Of a DNA stretch of 64,000 nucleotides, positions 24,954-36,759 are shown piece by piece. Source of the DNA: Mugilogobius chulae (taxonomy: Eukaryota); NCBI GenBank assembly GCA_046056395.1, contig CM100124.1:623968-687967 (forward strand), written 5' to 3'. A program made the position numbers and the translations under genes. Position 1 is the stretch's first letter; every line of letters starts with the position of its first letter. The notes under the pieces are model-generated. The model saw only the letters and a list, made by a program, of their open reading frames with translations, was not told the origin of the DNA and searched no databases.

Positions 24954-26638
24954 GATTTGCTGTAAGTGTATTGATACCTGAGAGACCGTTCATATACTGA
25001 CATGAAATCTGCATCAGACCGCTGCAGTCTGCAATAAAGATTAACTCTACGGATTCTTTCCTCTGACCTGCGCGAGTCCTGGACCTGCACTCCTACTGTT
25101 TATTGGTTTTAAGCACTTTCTAAGTCCTGCGAGAGCTGGGCTGGTACCGACCTGGACTAAACTCTCACTCAGTGTACGGCAGGAAGCAAGTCTTTCTGAA
25201 ACATGAATCAGAATAAAAAGTGTTTGTCAGAAAGTAACTGTAACTTTGTCAAATGAAGTTCAGTTTGTGCTCATGTGAGTGGTTTCTGACACAGGCGGCG
25301 ATTCATGTTTTTTTGGGTGAGTGGCCAAAATAATATACGCGTACGTGCACGAGCATAAAGTGCACGCACACCATTTGCACTTGTCTCTTCTTCGGCGCTT
25401 TCATTTAGTTTCTTTTCTACCTGAAACTAACAGGCTTCTGACTCTGACCGGCTCATTCTTTTCCCAGTGAACAGAATCCATTCAGTATAAAGCCCACAGA
25501 GCTCCGGGTCTGTCCTGTCTCAGCGCAGCTCTACTGCACCGGGCGCTACAAACAGGACCAGTGCAGTTCGTCACTTCATACATCTTTTGTTCGGTTCTGA
25601 ATCACATCGCAACTCAACATTCTCGTCTCCCACTTGATTTCCGGCGCTGCTTTAAAGCACATTTGTGAATTAAACTGTGATCTCACAGGGACAGAGCAGC
25701 AGCACAACGGCTCAGACTGAGTCTAATGACAGCGCTCTGAGAGGAGAGATGCCGTATGAGCGCTTATATTCAGCTTATATTCACACATACAGATGAAGGA
25801 AAGCAAGAGGAGAGTGTGAAAGATGCTGTATGACCGAATAAATGCATCACTCAGACATTTAGATAATGAACATTTGGATAATGAAAGCAGGACAAATTGG
25901 CCTGGGTGCTCAGACATTCGAGTGGGAGCTTGAGCCCCACGGCATCATGGGATCAGCTCCTATGTTTCTGATACTGTCTGAGGATTGACCAAGCGGCTGC
26001 ACCTCACAGGCGTCAGTCTTATCTTTAGCGGAGCAGCAGGGCACATGAACGACTTTTCTGGAGCTTTGACCTCTCGCTCCACCTGATTACTGAGAGAACA
26101 TACAGCTCACGACCAGTCAGGACCGGAGGTGTTGTGACCTCGGGGTTTTACTCAGAGTCTCGTGGGAACATTCTCCCGGTGCAGGTCTCTCCTCACAGCT
26201 GCAGGTGTGTGTTTGCTCAGGTTTATGATGGAGGAATGCCGTCCTGACACTCCTCCATTATACACCCTCACATCCATCACAAGCTCAGACTTTGACAGAA
26301 GGTGCAGCAGATATCAGTGTGTTTGTCCAAGACGTGTCTGCGTTTGTGTGAAAAGCAGGGCCCGGGACACGAACACGCCTCTCCTGAACACGCCTCGGAC
26401 ACGCCGCCACTGCAGACCTCACGGGACGAGGAGTATGAAGACAGATGTAGCCTTAAGTATCTTTGTGCCATGAGGCGGATCGGCCTGTGGAGCGAGCAGA
26501 GTGAACAGGTCAAATATGAACAAAGAACAGTCCACTTCAACACAAGAGAAAGGCGGAGACGGAGGTATGAGGGAGACAGAGGGGTGAGGAAGGATCGGCC
26601 TGTAGAGTGAGCAGAGCAAACAGGTAAATCTGAACAAA

Positions 26639-27496
26639 GGTCAGGGTTCCCATGCGCCCTGGAAAACCTGGAAATTGATTAGCCCATTTACCAGTCATGA
26701 AAAACACCTAGAAAATGAGAAAAATGTCATGGAAAATAAAATATATTCCTGGAAAATTATGAAATATATATAATAATAATAATACAATTTATAACAGTGC
26801 GCAAACTAATGAACCCGATGTAAAAGACCTTATGTGTAAGCTATAGTTAACTAATTGTACTAATGCAAAACTGTTTAGCAGTAGGATCTGCAAACCCATA
26901 TTGCAAAAAGTTACATCCAAAATCTAATGTGGGAGGACCTCCAGACCCGCCTCACACCCCATTAGGGTTTTTTCATCTGGCTCTTTATTTATGTTTTAAC
27001 TGGAAGCTTATATTTTTATAAAATAGGCTCAGCATTAGTTTGATTTTAGTTCAACAGCCTGAGGTAAAAAGTGTCAGAAAACATGTATATATTATAATTT
27101 TATTCAGCCACTGGAGCCTGTAAAAAGCATCAGGTTGCACCAAAATTTACTTTTTTTTTTTTTTTTTTTAATCTCAGGGGGAGGACCCCCAGACCCCCTG
27201 CTCATATTTTTCTCCCTGCGGCACTGCCAAAATACTGAAACTGTGATGCTCAAGAAAGACGAAAAAGAGGCTGTCAAAGTGAACCGCAGCTTTGCAGATT
27301 GCTCCTGTCTGTCCAGATCAAAGTTTGACTGACAACTGAAGACTGTGTTACACTTTGATTGTCAGAAATGTGGACGATTGGGCTGCCACAACTTGGCAAA
27401 ACAGGCTAAATATTGGTGATGTCGTTGTCGTGATTACCTAAAATCCCTGCCAATGTCCTAGAAATGTCCTAGAAATTGTTTTTGGGATATTAGTGG
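26639..27496. mobile_element. MITE-like element with terminal inverted repeat CAGGGTTCCCA…, inserted into a locally duplicated sequence
   Basis: Terminal inverted repeats CAGGGTTCCCATGCGCCCTGG… / …TAGTGGGAACCCTG. The flanks 26460-26640 and 27500-27640 are ~85% identical copies of each other. Confidence 0.5.
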
Positions 27497-28192
27497 GAAC
27501 CCTGTAGGATAGTCCACCTCAACACGAGAGACAGAGAGACGGAGGTATGAGGGAGACAGACACAGACAGAGACAGAGAGGTGAGGAAGGATCGGCGCAAA
27601 CAGGTCAAACTGAACAAAGACCAGTCCATCTGAACATGACAGAGCTATGAGGGAGGAGGAGGGTGTGAGTCCAGGTCAGACCAGCTTCAGTCTCACAATA
27701 CACTTCTGATCTGAACAAGAATGTGTTCATCTGGTTAGTCTGGTTTGTCTGAGTGAAGGTTATATAATTTAATCATGAGTTAAAGAGGGCTGTAGTTGTT
27801 TAGTTGATTAATCGCTCGATTGAACAGAGATGACTGTCCTGTGGCTCTAGAGAAAACCTCCCATTGTGGGCGGGGCTTAAAAGACACACTTTCCAAATGG
27901 AACAATAAATACATTAAGCCTTTATAAGTCATCAGTTCTTTCTTTTCTTCATAATTATTTTTGTTGCTGTTTATTTTTTTTGTTCAGACTGTAAACAAAC
28001 CGTCTGGTGAGGTCCAGCTGGAGTCTCTTGAGTTTATGAATTTACAAATATCACCACAATCTATCGGGATGCACACATCAATAAAACTCACTAACTTCAA
28101 AACCTCTTTCCCAAGTGAGACCTGCAAAATGAAAAATGTAAAAATGTTGTCGTGTAGAGCAGACAGTAAAAATATAATCAAATCAAGATAAC

Positions 28193-29256
28193 TATAGGGG
28201 TTATGCAGTAACGTTTTTCCGGTCTCAAATAGACATAGGCCAGAGGCGTTGTGGGTCGGGGGGGACTCTGAAAGTCTGGCAACCGAGAGCGGTGCGTGTG
28301 TTCGTTTCTTCCCGACCCACAGCACCTCTGCCCGGTCTCATGAGCACGGCGAGTCTCGGTATGTGCGCGGAGCTTCATCAAAAGATGACAAAAGAGTACT
28401 TTTTTGGAGTAAACAACTGTGTCACTATGGCCAGGGGTGTCGGACTGGGGGGTAAATGGTGCTAGTTTCCCCGGGGCCCAGGACAGGAAAGGGCCCCCAA
28501 AAGCATTTTGTTTGTGAAATACATTGTTCCTCTAAATGTAAGTATTAGTGATATCAGAGAACTCCATCTCTCCTATAAAACGTGGACACAGACTTTGGCT
28601 AAAGAAAATGACTGAAAAAAGAGGAATATTAGTTGGCTAAAATTTTAACAAATACAGCAGCTACAAATATAATATTATGAGCAAGAGTTTGCAGTTTTCA
28701 GTGAACAAATAGCCAGGGTTTGGCACAATGTCAATAAATGTCACAACTTCAACATTATAAAACATCCAAAATGTCACAGGGATTTTCTGAGTGTGATTTT
28801 GGCATCATTTAAACAAGTTAGCTTAAAACATGTTAGTAAAGAGTAAGATTAAAACATTTTATTTTTTTCTCATTTGAGTGAAGGCAGTGCTTCCAACTCA
28901 ATGGTTTTGTCACAAAAACACATAAATGTCTTGTTTTTTAGGCGTTTATGGCAATAAAAATCTTGAAAGGTAGCATTAAAAAGCATTTAATTTATATTAT
29001 ATTATGTGTGGGTTGTAGAAATTAAATAAATTGGCTGTATATGAATATTGTAGCAAGAAATAAAACCCAAATGAATAGAAAAATTACGAGAGACAACTAA
29101 ATAATTAAAACACAAGATCATGTATTAGGGGCCCATCACTAAGTTTGCACCTGGGGCCCAGAATTCGGTGCTACGCCCCTGACTATGGCAACCACGCCAC
29201 CGGATGTAACGACCTAGGTCTATTTGAGGCCCGGAAGACTTTAACGCATAACCCCT
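28193..29256. mobile_element. ~1.06-kb element with terminal inverted repeat ATAGGGGTTATGCRKTAAMG…
   Basis: The 5' end is ATAGGGGTTATGCAGTAACGTTTTTCCGGTCTCAAATAGAC. The reverse complement of the 3' end is CAATAGGGGTTATGCGTTAAAGTCTTCCGGGCCTCAAATAGAC. The internal motif …CCCAGAATTCGGTGCTRCGCCCCTG… recurs at 39820-39860. Confidence 0.55.
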
Positions 29257-29864
29257 ATTGCTGAGTTTAAACTCTTATTGGCACATTAAGAAATTTAAAG
29301 TAAAGCTCACCCCCTGAACTCCACCCACAAACTCCTTTCAAACACAGCAAACCCATTGAAAAGCTTTGAGCAGTGTGATTGGATTGAAAGCAGGTGTCTG
29401 TATCTAGTTTTGAATGGACAATACACGCTGAGGTCACATAGAGTCTATAGAGCCGACATGAGAGACACAGACAGTTTGTGACTATTTTGACCTGAAACTT
29501 TGCACAGTTTAAACTAAAAATACCAAAAACCGTAGTTTATGCAGAAGCTTCTGGACACGGGACCAGAGAATTTGATTGGATTTGAGGAAAGACATGGACT
29601 AAAATCTTATTGATGGAGAAAAGCTCACTGACGTTTGAAGCCTGCACATTCATCTTTATAATAAACATTTAGGACAAATATATGACTTTTCAGTTGTTTT
29701 GTACTTTGGGTTTTGTTTCGACTGAGTTTCATTGTCAAACTTCTGTTTTTATTATCCTTTCTTTTTTATGCTTTTTGTTCCTTTGGCTTTTGTTCTCTTC
29801 AATTAACTTTATTAACGGCACATCTCCTCAACAATCTCCATGGAAACTGTGAGGTATCCATGGA

Positions 29865-30110
29865 CCAATCAGAGCCAGACACGACAGTTTAGTCCTGATT
29901 GGCTCGAGTAAAAACCGGGTAGAACCAGGGCCAATCAGAGCAGAGCCTTTTGAGCCAGGACAATCAGAGCAGAGGCTTTTACACCAGGACCAATCAGAGC
30001 AGAGCCGAGTAGAACCAGGACCAATCAGAGCAGAGCCTTTTGAGCCAGGACCAATCAGAGCAGAGCCTTTTTAACCAGAACCAATCAGAGCAGAGCCGTG
30101 GACATTTAAA
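29865..30110. repeat. Minisatellite (~33-bp unit x 7) of CCAAT-box-containing units (GGACCAATCAGAGCAGAGCC…), immediately upstream of MVP exon at 30137
   Basis: Repeated GACCAATCAGAGCAGAGCC[TTTTGAGCCA]. CCAATCAG is the NF-Y / Y-box consensus. Confidence 0.8.
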
Positions 30111-30136
30111 TAACCGTGTGTGTTTTTGTGTCGGAG

Positions 30137-30360
30137 CAGTTTGAAGACGAAGAGGACGAAGAGGAGGAGCAGGAGCAGGAAGGGGGCGGGGCCAAGCGCA
30201 GACGCCGCGCCGGGATCCAGCGTCGCCCCGGAGACCGCTGGATGCTGCGCGGGCCCATCGAGTACGTGCCCCCCGCTGCGTGGAGGTGGTACTGCGACGC
30301 GACGCCATTCCTCTGGACGAGAACGAAGGGATCTACGTCCGGGACATGAAGACGGGAAAG
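30137..30360 (+). CDS. mvp: MVP coding exon ([48 protein letters not shown][frameshift][27 protein letters not shown])
   Basis: Matches …[45 protein letters not shown]. The conserved reading jumps -1 at ~30279 (gctgcg^gtggaggtg). The ORF track confirms that the upstream frame runs on as …[13 protein letters not shown]… to a TGA at 30347. A 223-nt alternative start is possible at 30140. Donor AAG|GTCAGT. Confidence 0.8.
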
Positions 30361-31690
30361 GTCAGTGTTTAGACATGATTTAAAAGTCCTTTAAAAGTCC
30401 ACCAAATGTACACCTGACGAGTTAATCCAATCACAACTATCTTTATTTACAAAGCTTTTACAAGAACATTTTACATAGCAGACTTACAGGACAGATTTAT
30501 TTAAAAGGGAACTCCCCAGAAGCTATTTAAGCTTAATAACATACTAATATCTAGAAGTGACTTGTTAGAGGCCCCCTATTGGCCCCCCTATTGGCCCCAA
30601 GATTGCCCAAGACCCCCCAATAATCACTCTATTAAAAATAATTTAGAATGTATTTTTTCTCAGAATAAAATGCAAAAACAGTGGCTGTGGACTTAGTCTG
30701 GATTTAAAAATTAATAACATAAAGTTTTCAAACCCAGTTTTCTGTCATGCTTGTTGTGTGGAGCGCTCCTGAGGCCCCCAGGGGGCCCCGGACCCCACTT
30801 TGGGAATCACTGGTCTAATTTATCCATTTAATATAACCTTATTTTACACCACTAGATGGCATTCACGTGAAATCAAATGTCATGTGGTCAACTTCTGTCA
30901 ATAAAACTATAAAATCAAGATCTAGACTATGCATAAACAGGCTTTATAATAATATTGATATTTTTTGTTAATATTTAATACAATAAAACCAGACTGGGAG
31001 CCAAACATGGACAAACATGGATATATTCATGTTATATTGTTATAACAACATACATATGTGCCAAAATGTTGTGTTTTTTTCTATTAAAGCGGCACTGTGT
31101 AAAAAAATAAAAATAAATAAAGTGATCCCACTTTTGAACACCAGGGGGAGCCTTTCCAATGCATTTTGCCTATCTACCCTGCTGCCATCTAGCGTCAATA
31201 TTCAACATTCCGGCCCGTAATAAAACATTTCAAATAAGTATAAATGTGTCACAATTGATGTGGATTGGTTAACAGTGCTCTCTTAAGTATTCATGTTGTA
31301 AAGAATAAATATGATTTAAATGTTTGTGGACTATATGTGATCATTAAAATTCCTCTCAATCTTACACAGTACAGCCCCTTTAAAAAAACACTGTTGCCAA
31401 AATGTTAGCCAGCACACTGTTGTTATTTTTTTTGTTTTTACGATTATATTGTGACTGATAATCACGATTATCGATTAACCGAATAATCTTCACATCCCTG
31501 GGGACTAATTTGTATGAACAGACACTCTCTCTGTCTTTCTTTTCCCATCTGCGTCGTGTGTAAAAGCTCACGGTAGGCTTTAGATAAAAAAAGGTACAGC
31601 TCCCCGATAACTGAAGAGGGAGGAGACAGATCGCTCAAAATACAACATGTTCTTGATTCCCTTGCCCTTTACTCTGTCTCTCTGTTTCAG

Positions 31691-31925
31691 GTTCGCGCGG
31701 TGATCGGACACACCTACATGCTGACCCAGGACGAGGAGCTTTGGAACAAGATTCTCCCGGCCAACGTGGAGGCTCTGCTGGCGTCTCCTCTGGACCCTCT
31801 GGCCGATCGCTCCGACAGGAACCGGGACGCGCAGCAGCTTCCGCGAGACAAAACCCGCGTGGTGTCGTACCGATGCCTCACAACGCCGCTGTGGCAGGTG
31901 TACGACTACAGGAGAAGAAAGCACG
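31691..31925 (+). CDS. mvp: MVP coding exon ([61 protein letters not shown]…; the 3' end is frame-disrupted)
   Basis: Matches [30 protein letters not shown]…DPLADR…[27 protein letters not shown]. The last ~50 nt (cgaTGCCTCACAACGCCGCTGTGGCAGGTGTACGACTACAGGAGAAGAAAGCACG|GTGGGT) differ from the conserved frame by three 1-nt indels, net -1. The downstream tandem copies read …[17 protein letters not shown]|GT in the correct frame. Coordinates within 31681-31741 are ±1 nt, because my reading of that displayed line and the ORF track disagree by one position. Confidence 0.75.
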
Positions 31926-32430
31926 GTGGGTTTAACACGTTAACACGCTTTAGGTACGTCACAACGCGGCTGTGCAGGTGTACGACTACAGAGAGACGGT
32001 TTAACACGCTTTAGTACGTCACAACGCGGCTGTGCAGGTGTACGACTACAGGGAGAAGAAAGCACGGTGGGTTTAACACGTTTAACACGCTTTAGTACGT
32101 CACAACGCCGCTGTGCAGGTGTACGACTACAGGGAGAAGAAAGCACGGTGGGTTTAACACGTTTAACACGCTTTAGTACGTCACAACGCGGCTGTGCAGG
32201 TGTACGACTACAGAGAGAAGAAAGCACGGTGGGTTTAACACGTTTAACACGCTTTATTACGTCACAACGCCGCTGTGCAGGTGTACGACTACAGAGAGAA
32301 GAAAGCTCGGTGGGTTTAACACGTTTAATACGCTTTATTACGTCACAACGCCGCTGTGCAGGTGTACGACTACAGGGAGAAGAAAGCACGGTGGGTTTAA
32401 CACGCTTAACACGCTTTAGTACGTCACAAC
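31926..32430. repeat. Tandem array (~6 copies, ~80-bp unit) duplicating the exon 3' end plus splice donor plus the first ~35 nt of the intron (GTCACAACGCCGCTGTGCAGGTGTACGACTACAGGGAGAAGAAAGCACG|GTGGGTTTAACACGTTTAACACGCTTTAGTAC)
   Basis: Direct tandem copies; each retains a GTGGGT donor and the conserved MVP codons. Confidence 0.9.
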
Positions 32431-33359
32431 AAAATAAAATAAATTAATAAATAAATAAATTTAAATATTATCATGATGTTAGAACCTTGGAGAGTCTCTA
32501 CCATTTTTCTTTTTTTCTTTACATAATAAATGCATTTCTTTAATCTGGGATGTTTTAGACCAGCAAGTCCATTCATTTCAAATTTTTGCCAAATTGCTTT
32601 CTAGTGGGGGCCCCAGCGCTCTTCGCCCTCCTAAACTGCCCTTTGCTCCGCCACTGCTCCCTCTGTACACTATGCTCACACACACACGGCTGTTGTTACA
32701 GAGCCGCGAGGATGCAGGATATTAGATCAAGTTAATTCTGTAGATAACCACACATTTTATTCAAATACTTTTATTGGGCTCTGTGCAGTTGGCTTGTTTT
32801 CGTTCAAAATACTACATCCTGTACATACAACCACTTCCTGTTCAATTCTCCTTTAGTTTTCACTACATCAGTTTAAAACTAATAAATCCTCTTTAGATCA
32901 GACAGTTGTGGTGAATGTTACAGAAAACATGTTAAAGACTTTACATATCAGAGGAATATTTCACCAGAGACATGACGTGTGAAAGAGACTAACGCTAACA
33001 GGAAGTGGTCGTATGTACAGAAGTTAGATATTTTGAACAAACACAAGCCAACTGAAGTTCCGTGCACAGAGACTATTCCCTATAAAATTGTCACAGAAAC
33101 CACCGTCCCCAATAGCGGGTAGGGCATCACCTGCTCTGGGGACACCAAGCCGAGCTGTCCCGCGTCCTTATATCACGAGTGACAGAAAAGTCTGATCTAG
33201 ACAGAAACATTTTTTATTATCTAACTAGTAGTCTAATTTAGAAGGGTTCTAATTTCAACAAGAAGGATCTTGTTGAAATTAGGCTGAATCAAGTTTAAAA
33301 CATTTTCAAACATGTGAATAAGTCATGGAAAATCATAAAATACAACCCTGTGGTCCAGA

Positions 33360-34331
33360 GGTGGTCATACATGTTATTACACGTGTTATTACATGTGTTA
33401 TAACTGTTGTTTCAGGTTAGAGATGGTCGTCGTGTTATTACATGTGTTATAAAGTTGTTACAGGTTCAGAGCTGGTCGTACGTGTTATTACATGTGTTAC
33501 AACTGTTGTTTCAGGTTCAGAGATGGTCGTACGTGTTATTACATGTGTTACAACTGTTGTTTCAGGTTCAGAGATGGTCGTACGTGTTATTACATGTGTT
33601 ACAACTGTTGTTTCAGGTTCAGAGATGGTCGTACGTGTTATTACATGTGTTACAACTGTTGTTACAGGTTCAGAGATGGTCGTACGTGTTATTACATGTG
33701 TTTATAACTGTTATTACAGGGTTGTTTTCGGCCCGGAGCTGGTCGTACGTGTTGTTAACATGTGTTATAACTGTTGTTACAGAGTGGTTTTCGGCCCGGA
33801 GCTGGTCGTACGTGTTATTACATGTGTTATAAACTGTTGTTTCAGGTTCAGAGCTGGTCGTACGTGTTATTACATGTGTTATAACTGTTATTACAGGGTT
33901 GTTTTCGGCCCGGAGCTGGTCGTACGTGTTATTACATATGTTATAACTGTTATTACAGAGTGGTTTTTGGCTCGTAGCTGGTCGTACGTGTTATTACATG
34001 TGTTATAACTGTTATTACAGAGTGGTTTTGGGCTCGTAGCTGGTCGTACGTGTTGTTACATGTGTTTATAACTGTTATTACAGAGTGGTTTTCGGCCCGG
34101 AGCTGGTCGTACGTGTTATTACAAGTGTTATACCTGTTGTTACAGAGTGGTTTTTGGCTCGTAGCTGGTCGTACGTGTTATTACATATGTTATAACTGTT
34201 ATTACAGAGTGGTTTTTGGCTCGTAGCTGGTCGTACGTGTTATTACATGTGTTATTACTCTTGTTTCAGAGTGGTTTTCGGCCCGGAGCTGGTCGTATGT
34301 GTTATTACATGTGTTATTTCTGTTATTACAG
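33360..34331. repeat. Tandem array (~16 copies, ~60-bp unit) duplicating the acceptor site plus first ~25 nt of the next MVP exon (…TGTTATTACAG|AGTGGTTTTCGGCCCGGAGCTGGTC…)
   Basis: Later units contain the exact exon start AGTGGTTTTCGGCCCGGAGCTGGTCGTAC. Earlier units are diverged (…TTTCAGGTTCAGAGATGGTCGTAC…). The last unit is the real acceptor. Confidence 0.9.
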
Positions 34332-34529
34332 AGTGGTTTTCGGCCCGGAGCTGGTCATGCTCGGTCCGGACGAACAGTTCACGGTTCTCTCTCTCTCCGG
34401 GGACAAACCGAAGCGAGCCAACGTGATCAAAGCCGTGTGTCTGCTGCTCGGACCGGACTTCTGCACCGACGTCATCACCATAGAAACGGCCGACCACGCC
34501 CGCCTCCAGCTGCAGCTTGCCTACAACTG
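34332..34529 (+). CDS. mvp: MVP coding exon ([66 protein letters not shown])
   Basis: Near-identical to human [66 protein letters not shown]. Acceptor TTACAG|; the donor is the non-canonical-looking TG|GTACTC. Confidence 0.9.
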
Positions 34530-35607
34530 GTACTCAACACACACACACACATCTGAAAACACACCCTGGACACTCACATGAACAACACTCATGCATCCGA
34601 AAACAGATGAATTTAAAAGAAGTAATTCTATTTTTTATTTAAAAAAAGGTTCAAAGCTAAATATATGTTAACTCTAGAATGGATATTTGAGTTACTGTAG
34701 TTTCTGGACTATAAGACGCTACTTTTTTCACAAGTTTTGAACACTGCAGCTTTACAAAAATGCAGCAAAATTACAAATTCTCTTACTTACTATTAACAAG
34801 TGCGGCCTATATATGTATTTTTTTCATTTTTCTTATTTAAATCTCATTGATGCGGCTTATATTCAGGTCCGCTCAATAGTGTGGAAATTACGATATGTAT
34901 TGTAATGTATTGGTAAAATTGTACAACATGTAAATGCACTTGTATTCTGAGTTTGAGGGTAGATATGTGACGCTGTAAGAAGGGTGTAATAAGCTTAAGC
35001 TTCAGCCTACACCTTTTCTGTTGACTTTGTTTATATTTTTTATGTTTGCTAACATATATATATTGGATATATACAACGATATTATTCAACCTAAATAAAC
35101 TCTTTCATTCATTCATTCAAGTGAAGGACTGGGTCTTGGCGTGTTTCCCAAGAAGATATTGGCTAAAATAGATATCTTTTCTGTGTTAAATATAGTGTTA
35201 AATATAGTTTATCCTTTATTTATCCAGGAAGGTCTCATTGAGATACATTATCTCTTCTTCCAGGTAGTTCTGGTCGAGAAAAGCAGCCGATCAGTACAAA
35301 AATAAGATACAGACAAACATACAAACATGCACAATAAATTATTTCAGAGCAGATTTAAAAACATTGGCAATGTTCTGCAAAAAATATCTTATAACAGACA
35401 GAAAAGTGCAACTGGAGTGGACCTGCCAAGTTCAGCCATTCAGCGCGCTGCTTTTGACTGTCAATGAGAAATACAATATCTTAGTCACACTGCTGTGTTC
35501 ATCAGCCAAAATCTACTCATTTACAGCTAAAAAGAGTCAGCTTTAATGTTATCCGTTCCAGTTAGATTCAGTCTGTGAGAGTCCATAATAAATGTGTTTG
35601 TGTTCAG

Positions 35608-35752
35608 GCACTTTGACGTGAAGAGTCCGGTGAGCGCTGAACACGCCGCCGCGCTCTTCTCCGTCCCAGACTTTGTGGGCGACGCCTGTAAAGCCATCGC
35701 CTCCAAGATCAGAGGAGCTGTGGCGTCGGTGCAGTTCGACGACTTCCACAAG
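35608..35752 (+). CDS. mvp: MVP coding exon ([48 protein letters not shown])
   Basis: Matches [48 protein letters not shown]. Acceptor GTTCAG|, donor AAG|GTGAGA. Confidence 0.9.
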
Positions 35753-35830
35753 GTGAGAACGAGACAAGGACGCGAGGAGAGAGAGTTTTTATCCTTTTAA
35801 TCTCACTGGAAACTCTCCTGCTCCCGTCAG

Positions 35831-36042
35831 AACTCAAACCGGATCATCTGCTCGGCCGTGTTCGGTTTCGACGAGAAGGTCCACATCCGGCCGTCGCTGG
35901 AGTTCGCTCAGAACCGTCTGGTCATCAGCAGCGTCGACATCCAGTCTGTGGAGCCTGTGGACCAGAGAACCAGAGACGCCCTGCAGAAGAGCGTCCAGCT
36001 GGCCATCGAGATCACCACCAACTCTCAGGAGGCGGCTGCACG
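35831..36042 (+). CDS. mvp: MVP coding exon ([70 protein letters not shown][R])
   Basis: Matches NSARIIRTAVFGFE…[44 protein letters not shown]. Acceptor CGTCAG|, donor CG|GTGAGG. Confidence 0.9.
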
Positions 36043-36480
36043 GTGAGGAGAGAGGGAGGAGAGGAGAGGAGAGAGGAGGGAGGGAGGTAGGGAGGGAGGA
36101 GAACCAGAGACGCCCTGCAGAAGAGCGTCCAGCTGGCCATCGAGATCACCACCAACTCTCAGGAGGCGGCCGCACGGTGAGGAGAGAGGGAGGGAGGGAG
36201 GGAGGGAGGAGGAGAGGAGAGAGGGAGGAGAGAGGGAGGAGAGAGGAGAGGGTGGAGGAGAGAGGGAGGAGGGAGAGAGAGGGAGGATAGAGTAGAGAGA
36301 GAGGAGAGGAGGGAGGGAGGAGAGAGGGAGAGAGAACCAGAGACGCCCTGCAGAAGAGCGTCCAGCTGGCCATCGAGATCACTACGAACTCTCAGGAGGC
36401 GGCCGCACGGTGAGGAGAGAGGGAGGAGAGAGGGAGGGAGGAGAACCAGAGACGCCCTGCAGAAGAGAGTTCACCTGGCC
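36043..36480. repeat. Intron start carrying 2.5 extra tandem copies of the exon 3' end plus donor (GAACCAGAGACGCCCTGCAGAAGAGCGTCCAGCTGGCCATCGAGATCACCACCAACTCTCAGGAGGCGGCCGCACG|GTGAGG), separated by purine-rich (GAGGGAGG)n
   Basis: Copies at 36101-36183 and 36336-36418, plus a partial copy at 36446-36480 that runs directly into the next exon's acceptor. Confidence 0.85.
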
Positions 36481-36524
36481 AGAGATTCTCAAAATAACCA
36501 TGTGACCGTTTTTTGTGTTTTCAG

Positions 36525-36641
36525 TCACGAAGCCGAGCGTCTGGAGCAGCAGGCCAAAGGAAAACTGGAACGACAGAGAATCACCGACCAGGCCGAGGCC
36601 GAGAGAGCCAGGAAAGAGCTGCTGGAGCTGGAGGCCATGAG
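36525..36641 (+). CDS. mvp: MVP coding exon ([38 protein letters not shown])
   Basis: Matches [38 protein letters not shown]. Acceptor TTTTCAG|, donor AG|GTGAGA. Confidence 0.9.
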
Positions 36642-36759
36642 GTGAGAACCAGGACTGAACCAGGACTAAAACAGGACTAAAACAGGACTGAACCAGGACT
36701 AAAACAGGACTGCACCTGGACTAAAACAGGACTGCACCAGGACTAAAACAGGACTTACC

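Noticed and set aside
31736-31745. An apparent extra T (gagcTTTTgg) that would frameshift the MVP exon at ELW
   Set aside because: The ORF track, on both strands, is only consistent with an in-frame sequence here. My reading of the displayed line 31681-31740 appears to be off by one. It is not counted as a frameshift, and coordinates within that line are ±1.
36146-36382. Minus-strand ORF rich in P/S/L (…[27 protein letters not shown]…)
   Set aside because: Translation of the (GAGGGAGG)n purine-rich intronic microsatellite
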